Source: a bacterium (GTDB lineage Bacteria > BMS3Abin14). Taken from it: a stretch of 32,793 nucleotides of DNA. Below are positions 18,368 to 26,657 of the stretch, piece by piece. The stretch's first letter is position 1; every line of letters starts with the position of its first letter. The position numbers were made by a program, and so were the translations under genes. Where the stretch lies: positions 1,632,537 through 1,665,329 of the forward strand of contig CP070698.1 in the NCBI GenBank assembly GCA_020349685.1, given 5' to 3'. Under the pieces are notes generated by a model. The model saw only the letters and a program-made list of their open reading frames with translations, was not told the DNA's origin and did not search any database.

Positions 18368-19213
18368 ATGAGCATCAGGCGCAGTACCGGCAAAGCCTTG
18401 GCCGCCGCAGCCGCTATTCTGGCGCTGATATTTCTTTTTCTGCAGCCTGACCGGTCCGACGCCGCCCAGGATAAGGAGAAAAAGTCGGGGATAAGGGGCA
18501 GGATCGTCATGAAAAGCACCGGCGAACCCGTGGCCAAGGCTTACGTCTATGCCTACGTGGGCAAGATTGAAACGAGAGCGGCCCAGTTGGGGATCATCGG
18601 GATCACCGACTGGGTGAGCCGGGGTTCGGCGGAGGACGGAACCTACAAACTGGACCTTCCTCCCGGCGAATATTTTATCGGGGCACGGAAAAGAGCTAAC
18701 GGGCTGAACTATGGACCCCTTTACAGGGGAGACTATTACGATCACCAGCATGCGCGAAAAGCCTTCGTTGTCAGAAAGGGTAAATACGGGGAACTGGATT
18801 TCAAGCTGATCAAGCTCGAGGAACCCATGTTCTTCCAGGGACTCACCGCTGTGGAAAAGGTCACCGATACGGGGATCAGGGGCAAGCTCCTGGACGAGAA
18901 CGGGGAGCACATCCCAGGCACCTTTGTCATGGCCTATTCCAATGACGACATGCAGAGGGCTCCCGATTTCGCCTCCACTCTGACCGACGACGAGGGAAAC
19001 TACACCCTTTACCTGCCCAAAGGCGGACGTTACTGGCTTGCCGGCAGGTTCTACGCGATGAAGATGCCCCAGAAGGACGAACCTTTCGCACGATACGAGG
19101 GTTCCCAGGATCATTCCGTCGTCGTCGAACAAGGTAAGTTCCTGGAAGGCATAGATCTTGTCCTGAGGCCCTACGACGGAGACACTTCCGGAAGTAAGAT
19201 GCCCATGCACTGA
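18368..19213 (+). CDS. Paralogous secreted protein with two CarboxypepD_reg-like repeats
   Basis: Collinear similarity to 17510-18322 throughout (GIRGRIVMKSTGEPVAKAYVYAY, GTYKLDLPPGEYF, EEPMFFQ, GIRGKLLDENGE, TDDEGNYTLYLPKGGRYW, FLEGIDLVLRP). Signal peptide without a lipobox Cys. Confidence 0.8.
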   Translation: MSIRRSTGKALAAAAAILALIFLFLQPDRSDAAQDKEKKSGIRGRIVMKSTGEPVAKAYVYAYVGKIETRAAQLGIIGITDWVSRGSAEDGTYKLDLPPGEYFIGARKRANGLNYGPLYRGDYYDHQHARKAFVVRKGKYGELDFKLIKLEEPMFFQGLTAVEKVTDTGIRGKLLDENGEHIPGTFVMAYSNDDMQRAPDFASTLTDDEGNYTLYLPKGGRYWLAGRFYAMKMPQKDEPFARYEGSQDHSVVVEQGKFLEGIDLVLRPYDGDTSGSKMPMH

Positions 19214-19216
19214 TCC

Positions 19217-20185
19217 ATGACCACAGCCCGCGGGATATCCATAACCAGGCTTGTCAACCGCCTTCTGGACCTGCCCCTATCAGACAGAGGCCTGGCGGGG
19301 GAGGATCACTTCCAGGTGCTGGGAGAAGCGGTTGATGCCGATGCCTTTGCCCTGATCCAGATCCGGCCTGCCGGGGAAAGCGCCCGGCTTCTATGCGGTG
19401 TGGGTCTGCGCACCAGCGTCCCCCTTGAGGGAGCTGCGCTTAAGGCGCCAATGCTGGTCGACCGCACCATCAACTTGCCCGACACCCATGCCGTCGCAGC
19501 GCAAGGTCCCTTTAAAGGGGATCCCTTTCTGACCGCGGAGGGCGCCCGTTCCCTTTTGATGAAGAAGTTCGCGTTCGGGGAGACCTATCTCGTCATCGCG
19601 GCCCTCAAAAAAAAGGAGGGAGCATTTAAACGCGGTGAGGTGGAAAAGTTCAACGCCCTTTGCGGCGTGATCAATCTCCTGGGGTGCCGCGGTCACGACC
19701 GGAAACAGCAGGACCAGCCAAAGAGTGTGGATGATCTGACGGGCCTTGGGCTCTTTGCCCAATTTCACGACACCCTCGTCAAGGAGCTCTCGCGGGCCAG
19801 GCGCGGCGGCGGCACGGTGACCGCCGGCATCATGTCGGTACTGGCGGTCGACCCGGTTTTCCAGGACGATGCCCTCCTTGATGTCACGCGGACCTTTGAG
19901 GGACAACTGCGGAACTTTGACACCCTTGTCCGCTATGGATCAACGGAGCTCGCCTTTGTACTTCCGGACCTCAGGAGCGAAGAGGGGATGCGAGTGATGG
20001 ACCGCGTTTTGGGGGAGGTGGTTTCCTCCCTGGGGGGGGAAGGTAAGGCGCCGGAGATCTATATCGGATTGTCCTGTTATCCCCAGGACGGCGCTACGGC
20101 GGAAAGGCTCATCGAAATGGCGGAAGCAGCCGTGAACCGGGCTGTCGAGGAATCCAGGCCCGGAGTCTACAGGTGGGAGGAATAA
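19217..20185 (+). CDS. GAF-like N-terminal domain + degenerate GGDEF domain protein (GGDEF replaced by GSTEL; RxxD I-site retained)
   Basis: DDLTGL start of the GGDEF fold. RNFDTLVRYGSTELAF aligns with RxxDxxxRYGGEEF of active cyclases. Starts 4 nt after the upstream stop. Confidence 0.75.
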   Translation: MTTARGISITRLVNRLLDLPLSDRGLAGEDHFQVLGEAVDADAFALIQIRPAGESARLLCGVGLRTSVPLEGAALKAPMLVDRTINLPDTHAVAAQGPFKGDPFLTAEGARSLLMKKFAFGETYLVIAALKKKEGAFKRGEVEKFNALCGVINLLGCRGHDRKQQDQPKSVDDLTGLGLFAQFHDTLVKELSRARRGGGTVTAGIMSVLAVDPVFQDDALLDVTRTFEGQLRNFDTLVRYGSTELAFVLPDLRSEEGMRVMDRVLGEVVSSLGGEGKAPEIYIGLSCYPQDGATAERLIEMAEAAVNRAVEESRPGVYRWEE

Positions 20186-20187
20186 GG

Positions 20188-20257
20188 ATCTGGTGTCTAG
20201 TGTCTGGTGTCTGGAGAAACCGCTTGACACGCTGACGCGGAGACACGGGGATACGTT
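20188..20257. repeat. Heptamer array ATCTGGT GTCTAGT GTCTGGT GTCTGGA (20188-20215) followed by 8-mer array GACACGCT GACGCGGA GACACGGG GATACGTT (20226-20257)
   Basis: Read directly. GACAC is the reverse complement of GTGTC, so the two arrays are partly complementary. Starts 3 nt after the GGDEF-like gene stop. Confidence 0.85.
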
Positions 20258-20353
20258 GAAGAGCTGTTAAGTGAACAGATGCATCGGTACACCTGTGTAT
20301 ATATGTACTGTCTCAATCTTGGATTTTGAATCGAAAGTGATGGGAGACACTCC

Positions 20354-21856
20354 ATGCGCACCATAGTAATCCTTCTGCTCGTTCTTATTCTGCCCCTTCC
20401 CCTCTTCGCCCAGGATGCGGGCAAGGCTCCGGTAAGCCTCCAGACGGAGGAGTGCCTCGGTTGCCACATCATCGTCACACCGGGGATCGTCAAGGATTGG
20501 GAGAAAAGCCGTCACTCCCGGACGGTGCCTGCGGAGGCTCTCAAGAAGGACAAGCTGACCCGACGGATATCCTCCGAGTCCATCCCCGAGGCATACGCGA
20601 AGGTGGCTGTGGGCTGCTACGAATGCCACGGCCAGAACACGGACCGGCACGCGGACAGTTTCGAGCACAACGGCTACACGATCAACGTCATCGTGTCCCC
20701 CACGGACTGCTCCACATGCCACGCCGTGGAGGCCCGCCAGTACAGCGGAACCAAGAAGGCCATGGCCCACGGGAACCTGGTCGACAACCCCCTGTACATG
20801 ACCCTCGCCAACTCCATACTCGGCCACAAATCCTGGGTTGATGGAGACCTCAAGGCAGCCCCGGCAAGCAGCAACTCCCTCAGCGAGACGTGCCTGGGAT
20901 GCCACGGCACCAGGATAGAGGTAAGGGGGATGAAGACCATTGATACAGACCTCCTGGGGGAGATCCAGGTTCCGGACCTGGCTGGATGGCCCAACGAGGG
21001 GGTCGGGCGCATCAACCCGGACGGCAGCTTTGGTTCCTGTACGGCCTGCCATCCACGCCACTCCTTTTCCATCGAGATCGCCCGCAAACCCTACACCTGC
21101 GCCCAGTGCCATCTGGAGCCGGATGTCCCGGCCTGGAACGTCTACAAGGAAAGCAAGCACGGCAATATCTATCTTTCGAAAAAACACACATGGAACTTTG
21201 AAAACGTACCGTGGGTGCTGGGGGAGGACTTTACAGCGCCCACATGCGCGGTTTGCCATAACAGCCTGATAACGAACCCGGACGGGGAAGTTCTGGCCGA
21301 GAGGACTCACGATTTCGGAAGCCGCCTCTGGGTGCGCCTTTTCAGCCTTATTTACAGCCATCCCCAGCCGCGTAAGGGAGATGTCACCGTTATCCGGAAC
21401 GCCGACGGCCTTCCCCTGCCCACCACCTTTGCCGGCGAACCGGCTATGGAGTATCTCATCGATGAAGCGGAGCAGGATAGGCGCAAGGCCAGCATGAGTG
21501 CTGTCTGCGGAGGCTGTCACAGCACTGACTGGTACACCTCTCACTTCGACAAGATGGACCGCACCATCGAGGAGGTGGACCGCATGGTGCACACGTCGAC
21601 CCGGGTCATGCAGTCGGCCTGGGATGAGGGCCTGGCCGATGCCGGCAACCCCTTCGACGAAGCTCTCGAAAAGAGGTGGGCACTTCAGTGGCTGTTCTAC
21701 GCCAATTCCATCAAGTATTCCTCCGCGATGACGGGGGCGCCCGATTACGCCACTTTCAAGAACGGCTGGTGGGAGCTTTCGAGGAACCTGGAGGAGATGA
21801 AGGAGCTAATGGAACTTAAGAGAAGTACCCAGTACTCAGTACCCGGTACCAAGTAG
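20354..21856 (+). CDS. Secreted octaheme c-type cytochrome, probably hydroxylamine-oxidoreductase (HAO)-like family
   Basis: Signal peptide plus exactly 8 CxxCH motifs (CLGCH, CYECH, CSTCH, CLGCH, CTACH, CAQCH, CAVCH, CGGCH). Size (~500 aa) and motif spacing resemble HAO-type octahemes. Family assignment is from memory, not a search. Confidence 0.85.
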   Translation: MRTIVILLLVLILPLPLFAQDAGKAPVSLQTEECLGCHIIVTPGIVKDWEKSRHSRTVPAEALKKDKLTRRISSESIPEAYAKVAVGCYECHGQNTDRHADSFEHNGYTINVIVSPTDCSTCHAVEARQYSGTKKAMAHGNLVDNPLYMTLANSILGHKSWVDGDLKAAPASSNSLSETCLGCHGTRIEVRGMKTIDTDLLGEIQVPDLAGWPNEGVGRINPDGSFGSCTACHPRHSFSIEIARKPYTCAQCHLEPDVPAWNVYKESKHGNIYLSKKHTWNFENVPWVLGEDFTAPTCAVCHNSLITNPDGEVLAERTHDFGSRLWVRLFSLIYSHPQPRKGDVTVIRNADGLPLPTTFAGEPAMEYLIDEAEQDRRKASMSAVCGGCHSTDWYTSHFDKMDRTIEEVDRMVHTSTRVMQSAWDEGLADAGNPFDEALEKRWALQWLFYANSIKYSSAMTGAPDYATFKNGWWELSRNLEEMKELMELKRSTQYSVPGTK

Positions 21857-21858
21857 GA
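21824..21858. repeat. 5x7-nt array AGTACCC AGTACTC AGTACCC GGTACCA AGTAGGA forming the 3' end and stop codon of the cytochrome gene
   Basis: Read directly. Encodes ..STQYSVPGTK*. Complementary to the array at 22015-22042. Confidence 0.85.
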
Positions 21859-21878
21859 AAGAGAAACATCTTTAAATG

Positions 21879-21906
21879 AAAAAGGCGGCAACAGCCGCCT
21901 TTTTTT
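21879..21906. terminator. Bidirectional rho-independent terminator
   Basis: Perfect 6-bp GC stem GGCGGC/GCCGCC (21884-21889/21894-21899), 4-nt loop, flanked by A5 and T7. Sits between convergent genes. Confidence 0.85.
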
Positions 21907-21963
21907 GTGGAGATCCAGATTATCCGGTTTCCGGTGTCCAGAAAAGGTAGAACGCATTATATA

Positions 21964-21991
21964 AACCTCAAACATCAAACCTCAAACTTTC
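21964..21991. repeat. 4x7-nt array AACCTCA AACATCA AACCTCA AACTTTC
   Basis: Read directly. Lies immediately 3' of the minus-strand lipoprotein gene stop (21994-21996). Confidence 0.8.
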
Positions 21992-21993
21992 CT

Positions 21994-22752
21994 CTACGGC
22001 TTAGGCACTTCTTCTTGGTACGGGGTACTGGGTACCGGGTACTGCTTTTCCGGTACCCTCCCCAGCATCCTGTCGAAGGCCCTGGACAGCGGGATGATCT
22101 CGGTCTCATAGGAGATGCGGCGTCCTGGAAACCTCGCGATGCGTCTTCCGGCGGCGGGATCGACAAAGACGATGTTGGTTTCCAGAAAAGAGGGGGGAGC
22201 CTGATACTGCTCCCTGCCTTTGCTCAGAAGTCCGGTGACGAGGCTCTGCACCAGATTCTCACCTGTGCTGTGATATTCGCCGTAGCCATGGGCCAGGACC
22301 AGGAGGTCCGCTCCCAGCTTCTCAGCGATAAGGGCAGCGCCGGCCATCCCTTCCTCATGGGGAGCGGTCCGGTCAGCTCCCATCAGACCCTGGGAGGCAG
22401 CCAGGCTGATGAAGGCTTCGGCCAGGTCCTCCTCCTCCATAAGCCTCTCGCTGAGATCATCCGGTGACAGCACCTGGTACCCTTTGTAGCGCGTCACTAT
22501 CGAGAGTGCCTCCTGCACCTTTCCTCCCATCTGATCAGACAACTCCGTGTCCTCGGAGGTGAAGGGCGGTCTCCCTGTGGCGATGATCATCCTGACAGGC
22601 AGCACCGCGACAGTATCGTAGAGGGATGCGTCCCAGAGGGGCGGAGGGGGTGTGTAGGTGCCGGCGCAACCGGTAACGAGGAGAAGGGGGCAAGTAAAGA
22701 GGATAAGGAAAAGAAATTTAATGGCCGCTGCTTTCATGGAATTATTGTACAT
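21994..22752 (-). CDS. Hypothetical lipoprotein
   Basis: Signal peptide with lipobox LLVTGC; 252 aa; no family recognised. The last ~12 codons are encoded by the NNGGTAC heptamer array at 22015-22042. ATG at 22737 is an alternative start. Confidence 0.75.
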   Translation of the reverse strand: MYNNSMKAAAIKFLFLILFTCPLLLVTGCAGTYTPPPPLWDASLYDTVAVLPVRMIIATGRPPFTSEDTELSDQMGGKVQEALSIVTRYKGYQVLSPDDLSERLMEEEDLAEAFISLAASQGLMGADRTAPHEEGMAGAALIAEKLGADLLVLAHGYGEYHSTGENLVQSLVTGLLSKGREQYQAPPSFLETNIVFVDPAAGRRIARFPGRRISYETEIIPLSRAFDRMLGRVPEKQYPVPSTPYQEEVPKP

Positions 22753-22776
22753 GAAAATGCGGGAAGGAGAAAAGCA

Positions 22777-22811
22777 GTGTCTAGAGTCTGGAATCTAGAG
22801 TCTAGACTCCA
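22777..22811. repeat. 5x7-nt array GTGTCTA GAGTCTG GAATCTA GAGTCTA GACTCCA (partly self-complementary via TCTAGA cores)
   Basis: Read directly. Fills most of the 62-nt gap between the helicase stop and the lipoprotein start on the minus strand. Confidence 0.85.
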
Positions 22812-22814
22812 GTG

Positions 22815-24197
22815 CTACTTCTTCCTCCTCGGTTTCCCCTCCTTCCCTCTTCTTGCCTGTCTCTTGCTCCTCGGACTGGAACCCGGCCTAGGTCGGGCTG
22901 CCTGACTTTTCTGGCCGCGGCGGCGCTTCTCGTCACGCTCGAGGGCCATCATCCTCCTGATCGTGAATTCGGGGGTCAGATCCTGACCGAAATCCTCATC
23001 GAAGGGTATCTGTGAGGGGATCTTGTCAGCCAGGAGCTCTTCTATGGAGGGAAGGCTGTAAACGTACTGATCGCAGGCGAGGGTATAGGCTTTGCCCCTC
23101 TTTCCGGCTCGCGCCGTGCGGCCGATGCGATGCACGTAATCTTCAGGGTCCTGGGGTACGTCGTAATTGATGATATGGGTCACGTCGTCGATGTGCAGGC
23201 CCCGCGATGCCACATCAGAGGCGATGAGCAGAGGCAGTTTGCCAAGTTTAAAACGTTCCAGAACACGGTTCCTTGCCGATTGTCGGAGATCCCCGGTCAG
23301 GAGGCCGATGTCTGTAAAGCCGTGATCTTTCAGCTTCCGGACCAGCCAGCTGGCGGTGATCTTCATGTTGGTGAAGATGAGCCCCTTGGGTACTTCCTCC
23401 TTTTTGAGTATTCCCAGCAGGAGCGGGAATTTCATCTCCCGGTCCACGTGGTAGACCATCTGATCAATCCCTTCCGCGGCAAGCTTTTCCGGCCTGACCT
23501 CCACGTCCCTGGGACGGTTCATGAAATCCCTGGCGATGGCTCGGGTCCTGCGGTCCAGGGTCGCCGAGAAGAGGAGGGACTGTCTTTTGTCGGACGAAGG
23601 GAGCTGGCGGAAGATATTCCTCAACTCGTCCCAGAAACCGAGGTCGAGCATGCGGTCCGCCTCGTCGATGACCAGGTATTGGATCTGCCGCAGGTCGAGA
23701 ATTTTCCGCCTCATGAAATCGAGCAACCGCCCTGGTGTCCCTATGACGACATCAGTGCCTGCTTTCAGAACACTTTCCTGCCTGTTGAAACCTTCCCCGC
23801 CGTAGATGGCAGCCAGGCGCAGGCCGGTATTTTTACCGAGGAGCTGTCCTTCCCGGTAGATCTGCAGAGCCAGTTCACGGGTAGGCGCCAGAATGAGGGC
23901 GAGGGGCTCCCGGCGTCGGGGAGGCGGACCGCTCTGGAGGATCCGGGCGAAGAGGGTGATGAGAAAAGCGGCTGTTTTCCCCGTTCCGGTCTGGGCCTGG
24001 GCACAGACGTCCTGCCCCTCGAGGGTGATGGGCAAGGATCTGCCCTGGACCGGGGTCATCTCCGTAAAGCCGGCATCCCGGATGCCGGCCATGACCTCTT
24101 CGGGAAGACCGAGGGAATCGAAACCCCCTGAAGGGGTGAGTGGGGGAGTGGGAGGGGGGGAGAAAGAGTTTTCCTTTGGTTGTTCGTTGTCTGTCAC
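22815..24197 (-). CDS. DEAD-box ATP-dependent RNA helicase (RhlE/CsdA-like) with basic C-terminal tail
   Basis: Q motif GFTEMTPVQ, Walker A AQTGTGKT, DEAD (VIDEADRMLD), SAT, HRIGRTARAG. Arg/Lys-rich tail. Confidence 0.95.
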   Translation of the reverse strand: MTDNEQPKENSFSPPPTPPLTPSGGFDSLGLPEEVMAGIRDAGFTEMTPVQGRSLPITLEGQDVCAQAQTGTGKTAAFLITLFARILQSGPPPRRREPLALILAPTRELALQIYREGQLLGKNTGLRLAAIYGGEGFNRQESVLKAGTDVVIGTPGRLLDFMRRKILDLRQIQYLVIDEADRMLDLGFWDELRNIFRQLPSSDKRQSLLFSATLDRRTRAIARDFMNRPRDVEVRPEKLAAEGIDQMVYHVDREMKFPLLLGILKKEEVPKGLIFTNMKITASWLVRKLKDHGFTDIGLLTGDLRQSARNRVLERFKLGKLPLLIASDVASRGLHIDDVTHIINYDVPQDPEDYVHRIGRTARAGKRGKAYTLACDQYVYSLPSIEELLADKIPSQIPFDEDFGQDLTPEFTIRRMMALERDEKRRRGQKSQAARPRPGSSPRSKRQARRGKEGKPRRKK

Positions 24198-24526
24198 GGG
24201 TTGTTTTTCCTTTATATTCTGAAAACTTCAATGCTGTGGGAGTTTAGGGTAATCGGGAGGGTGTGTCAACGGTGCATCATCCTGTTTACCTTTGTCATTC
24301 CGGAAATCGCATGAAGAACCGTGCGATTATCCGAAATCCATTTTCACCAGCAATTCCTTCAAATCTGTTAATTTAACAGGGATGAAGGGGATAAATGGGA
24401 TGGGAAAAGAAGTTTCAACCTTTTACGTCGCAGTTGTCGGTTTGTTTGTTACAGTTTCATTGGGCGTTAGACGTCAGGCGACTTTCTTCCTCTGGACTCT
24501 ACACACTACACTCTGGACTCCACACA

Positions 24527-24560
24527 AAATAAAAAGGTCCCGGAAAATCGGGACCTTTTA
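24527..24560 (-). terminator. Rho-independent terminator following the tRNA pair (hairpin also readable on the + strand)
   Basis: 7-bp stem GGTCCCG/CGGGACC (24536-24542/24549-24555) extendable by A-T pairs, 6-nt loop. In minus sense it is followed by TTTTTATTTT. Confidence 0.8.
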
Positions 24561-24566
24561 GTTTGG

Positions 24567-24641
24567 TGGTGACCCCACCGGGATTCGAACCCGGACTACC
24601 AACGTGAGAGGCTGGCGTCCTAACCGTTAGACGATGGGGCC
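24567..24641 (-). tRNA. tRNA-Glu (anticodon CUC)
   Basis: Reverse complement GGCCCCATCGTCTAACGGTTAGGACGCCAGCCTCTCACGTTGGTAGTCCGGGTTCGAATCCCGGTGGGGTCACCA. 7-bp acceptor stem, anticodon loop CUCUCAC, T-arm CCGGG-TTCGAAT-CCCGG, encoded CCA. Confidence 0.9.
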
Positions 24642-24646
24642 TTTAT

Positions 24647-24720
24647 TGGCTGGGGAGGAAGGATTCGAACCCTCACATACGGAGCCAGAGTCCGCTGTCC
24701 TACCATTAGACGACTCCCCA
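24647..24720 (-). tRNA. tRNA-Gln (anticodon CUG)
   Basis: Reverse complement TGGGGAGTCGTCTAATGGTAGGACAGCGGACTCTGGCTCCGTATGTGAGGGTTCGAATCCTTCCTCCCCAGCCA. U1-A72 pair typical of bacterial tRNA-Gln, anticodon loop CUCUGGC, TTCGAAT T-loop, encoded CCA. Confidence 0.9.
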
Positions 24721-24744
24721 AACGAAACAAAAGAAATAGACCAT

Positions 24745-25485
24745 TCAGGCAGTCTTGTCAACGGCCATGGGGCTCTTCCCCGCTCGCACGGAGGCGGCCT
24801 CTCCGATGATCCTTTCCTCATCCACCAGGTGGCCGTCCTCGATCTTCAGGATCCTGCGGGCGGTCCTGGCCGACTCCTTGCTGTGGGTGACCATGATGAT
24901 GGTCATGCCCTCGGCGTTGAGCTTTTTCAGCAGGCCCATGATCTCGCCGCTGGTCTTCGAGTCAAGGTTGCCCGTGGGCTCGTCGGCAAGGAGGATGGGC
25001 GGATTGTTGACTATGGCGCGCGCGACGGCGACCCGCTCCTGCTCGCCTCCCGAGATCTGCCCGGGCAGCCTGTTGACCTTGTCGCCGAGGCCGACCCTGT
25101 CGAGAGCCTCTTCGGCCATGGCCCGCTTTTCGTTGTTCCTGGCCTTGATCGTGACGAGGGGAAGCATGACGTTCTCGGCCAGGGTCAGGTAGGGGATCAG
25201 GTTGAAGCTCTGGAAGACGAAACCGAGATATTCCCTGCGAAAGTCTGCTCTCTGGTCCCGGCTGAGGTTGTAAATATCGATATCATCGACGAGGAAATTG
25301 CCTTCTGTTGGCGTGTTGAGCGCGCCCATCATGGACAGGATGGTGGATTTTCCCGAACCGGATTCACCCATGATGGCGACGAACTCCCCCGTTTCGATCT
25401 CAAAACTGATACCGCGTACCGCCTGAACGAGCGCCTCGCCCGTTCCGTAATGCTTTACGAGGTTCTGGGCTTTAATGTAACTCAT
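24745..25485 (-). CDS. ABC transporter ATP-binding protein (MacB/LolD-like)
   Basis: Walker A GESGSGKST, signature SGGEQERVAVARA, Walker B ILLADEPTGNLD. Confidence 0.95.
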   Translation of the reverse strand: MSYIKAQNLVKHYGTGEALVQAVRGISFEIETGEFVAIMGESGSGKSTILSMMGALNTPTEGNFLVDDIDIYNLSRDQRADFRREYLGFVFQSFNLIPYLTLAENVMLPLVTIKARNNEKRAMAEEALDRVGLGDKVNRLPGQISGGEQERVAVARAIVNNPPILLADEPTGNLDSKTSGEIMGLLKKLNAEGMTIIMVTHSKESARTARRILKIEDGHLVDEERIIGEAASVRAGKSPMAVDKTA

Positions 25486-25495
25486 GATGGCCTCC

Positions 25496-26653
25496 TTACA
25501 GCGCTCTCAAAGCGTCGTTGGGGTCGAGTTTTGCGGCAAGCAGAGCCGGGTAGGTGCTGGCGATGAGTCCCAGCAGGACCGACATGACCAGCGCACCGAC
25601 GGCGAGTAAAGGATCGAAGTGGACGGCGACGTCGGAACTCTCGGTAAAGAAGGGCAGCGCTGCCACGGTCGTTCCAAGTCCTCCGAAGTAACCCAGCAAT
25701 CCGGCCAGGGCCGACACGAGAGCCGCTTCTAAGAGCACGATCCTGATGACGTGGCTGCGACGGTACCCGATGGCGCGGAAGATCCCGATCTCCCTTGTCC
25801 TCTCGCGAACGCTGCCCATCATGGTAACCAGGACCACGAGACTTCCGACCAGGACCACAACGGCTGAAACACCCAGGGTGAGCCTCTGAAAATGAGCCAG
25901 CGTTTCCATGCGGCCTTTAACCACCTGCTGGATGCCCATGACCTTGCCGCCGGGGACCACCTCCGAGATCTGGCGGACCATCTCCTCGACGGGGCAGTCC
26001 TTGCAGAGAGCAGCCACTTCCGCCATGGAAACGCGTCCCTCCATGCCGAACATGCTCTGGGCCGTTGCGAGGGGAGTGAAGATGATCTGGTCATCCTGCG
26101 AACCGGTGGGTGCGATGACGCCGGTTACGGTAAGGTCCCGTCCCGATGCGTGGAAGGTATCCCCTTCACCGAGGCCGAGGGTCCTGGCCGCTTCCGCTCC
26201 GAGGAGCACTTCGTTGCCGACAGGCGCTTTGCCCTGAACTTTCCACCAGGGTTTGAGGATCTTCGTGGCTTCGAAGTCCACACCGGATAAAAGAACCTTG
26301 TTTTCGTTGACCTGGACCACACCGAGGGCTACCGGCCCCAGAGCGGCCACGTTGGCCGCGTTCTTGATACCGCTGATCTTTTCAAGCTGCGACTGGTGGA
26401 TCTCCTCCATCTCGAAGGAGACGCCCCCGAGGGACAGGCCGCCGTAGGTGAGGGAGAGGTTCTCCGTCTTGGGGACGATGAGGATGTTGGCGCCGAACTT
26501 GTCCAGTTTGTCCGTGATGTCCTCTTTCATGGTGGCGGTCAGGCTCACGAGGGCCACCACGGTGGTGACCCCGATGAGCAGACCGGCCAGGAGAAAGGCC
26601 GCCTTGGCCTTCCTCCTCCTGAGGTTTAAAAGAGCGATGTCTTTGAGTGTCAT
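25496..26653 (-). CDS. ABC transporter permease, FtsX/MacB-type (periplasmic domain + 4 TM)
   Basis: 385 aa. N-terminal TM, a large extracytoplasmic domain, then a C-terminal FtsX-like 3-TM bundle (REIGIFRAIGY motif). Confidence 0.9.
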   Translation of the reverse strand: MTLKDIALLNLRRRKAKAAFLLAGLLIGVTTVVALVSLTATMKEDITDKLDKFGANILIVPKTENLSLTYGGLSLGGVSFEMEEIHQSQLEKISGIKNAANVAALGPVALGVVQVNENKVLLSGVDFEATKILKPWWKVQGKAPVGNEVLLGAEAARTLGLGEGDTFHASGRDLTVTGVIAPTGSQDDQIIFTPLATAQSMFGMEGRVSMAEVAALCKDCPVEEMVRQISEVVPGGKVMGIQQVVKGRMETLAHFQRLTLGVSAVVVLVGSLVVLVTMMGSVRERTREIGIFRAIGYRRSHVIRIVLLEAALVSALAGLLGYFGGLGTTVAALPFFTESSDVAVHFDPLLAVGALVMSVLLGLIASTYPALLAAKLDPNDALRAL

Positions 26654-26657
26654 GGCC

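Noticed and set aside
18215-21592. Minus-strand ORFs 18215-19210 (331 aa) and 20267-21592 (441 aa)
   Set aside because: They are antisense to the CarboxypepD_reg paralogue and to the 8-heme cytochrome, both of which have clear domain and motif signatures. No motifs appear in the antisense translations.
24292-24561. 89-aa plus-strand ORF in the helicase upstream region, and small ORFs inside other repeat spacers (e.g. 6035-6286, 11586-11780, 12476-12715, 27206-27478)
   Set aside because: They lie in low-complexity or repeat sequence, lack RBSs, have atypical composition, and overlap better-supported genes or arrays.
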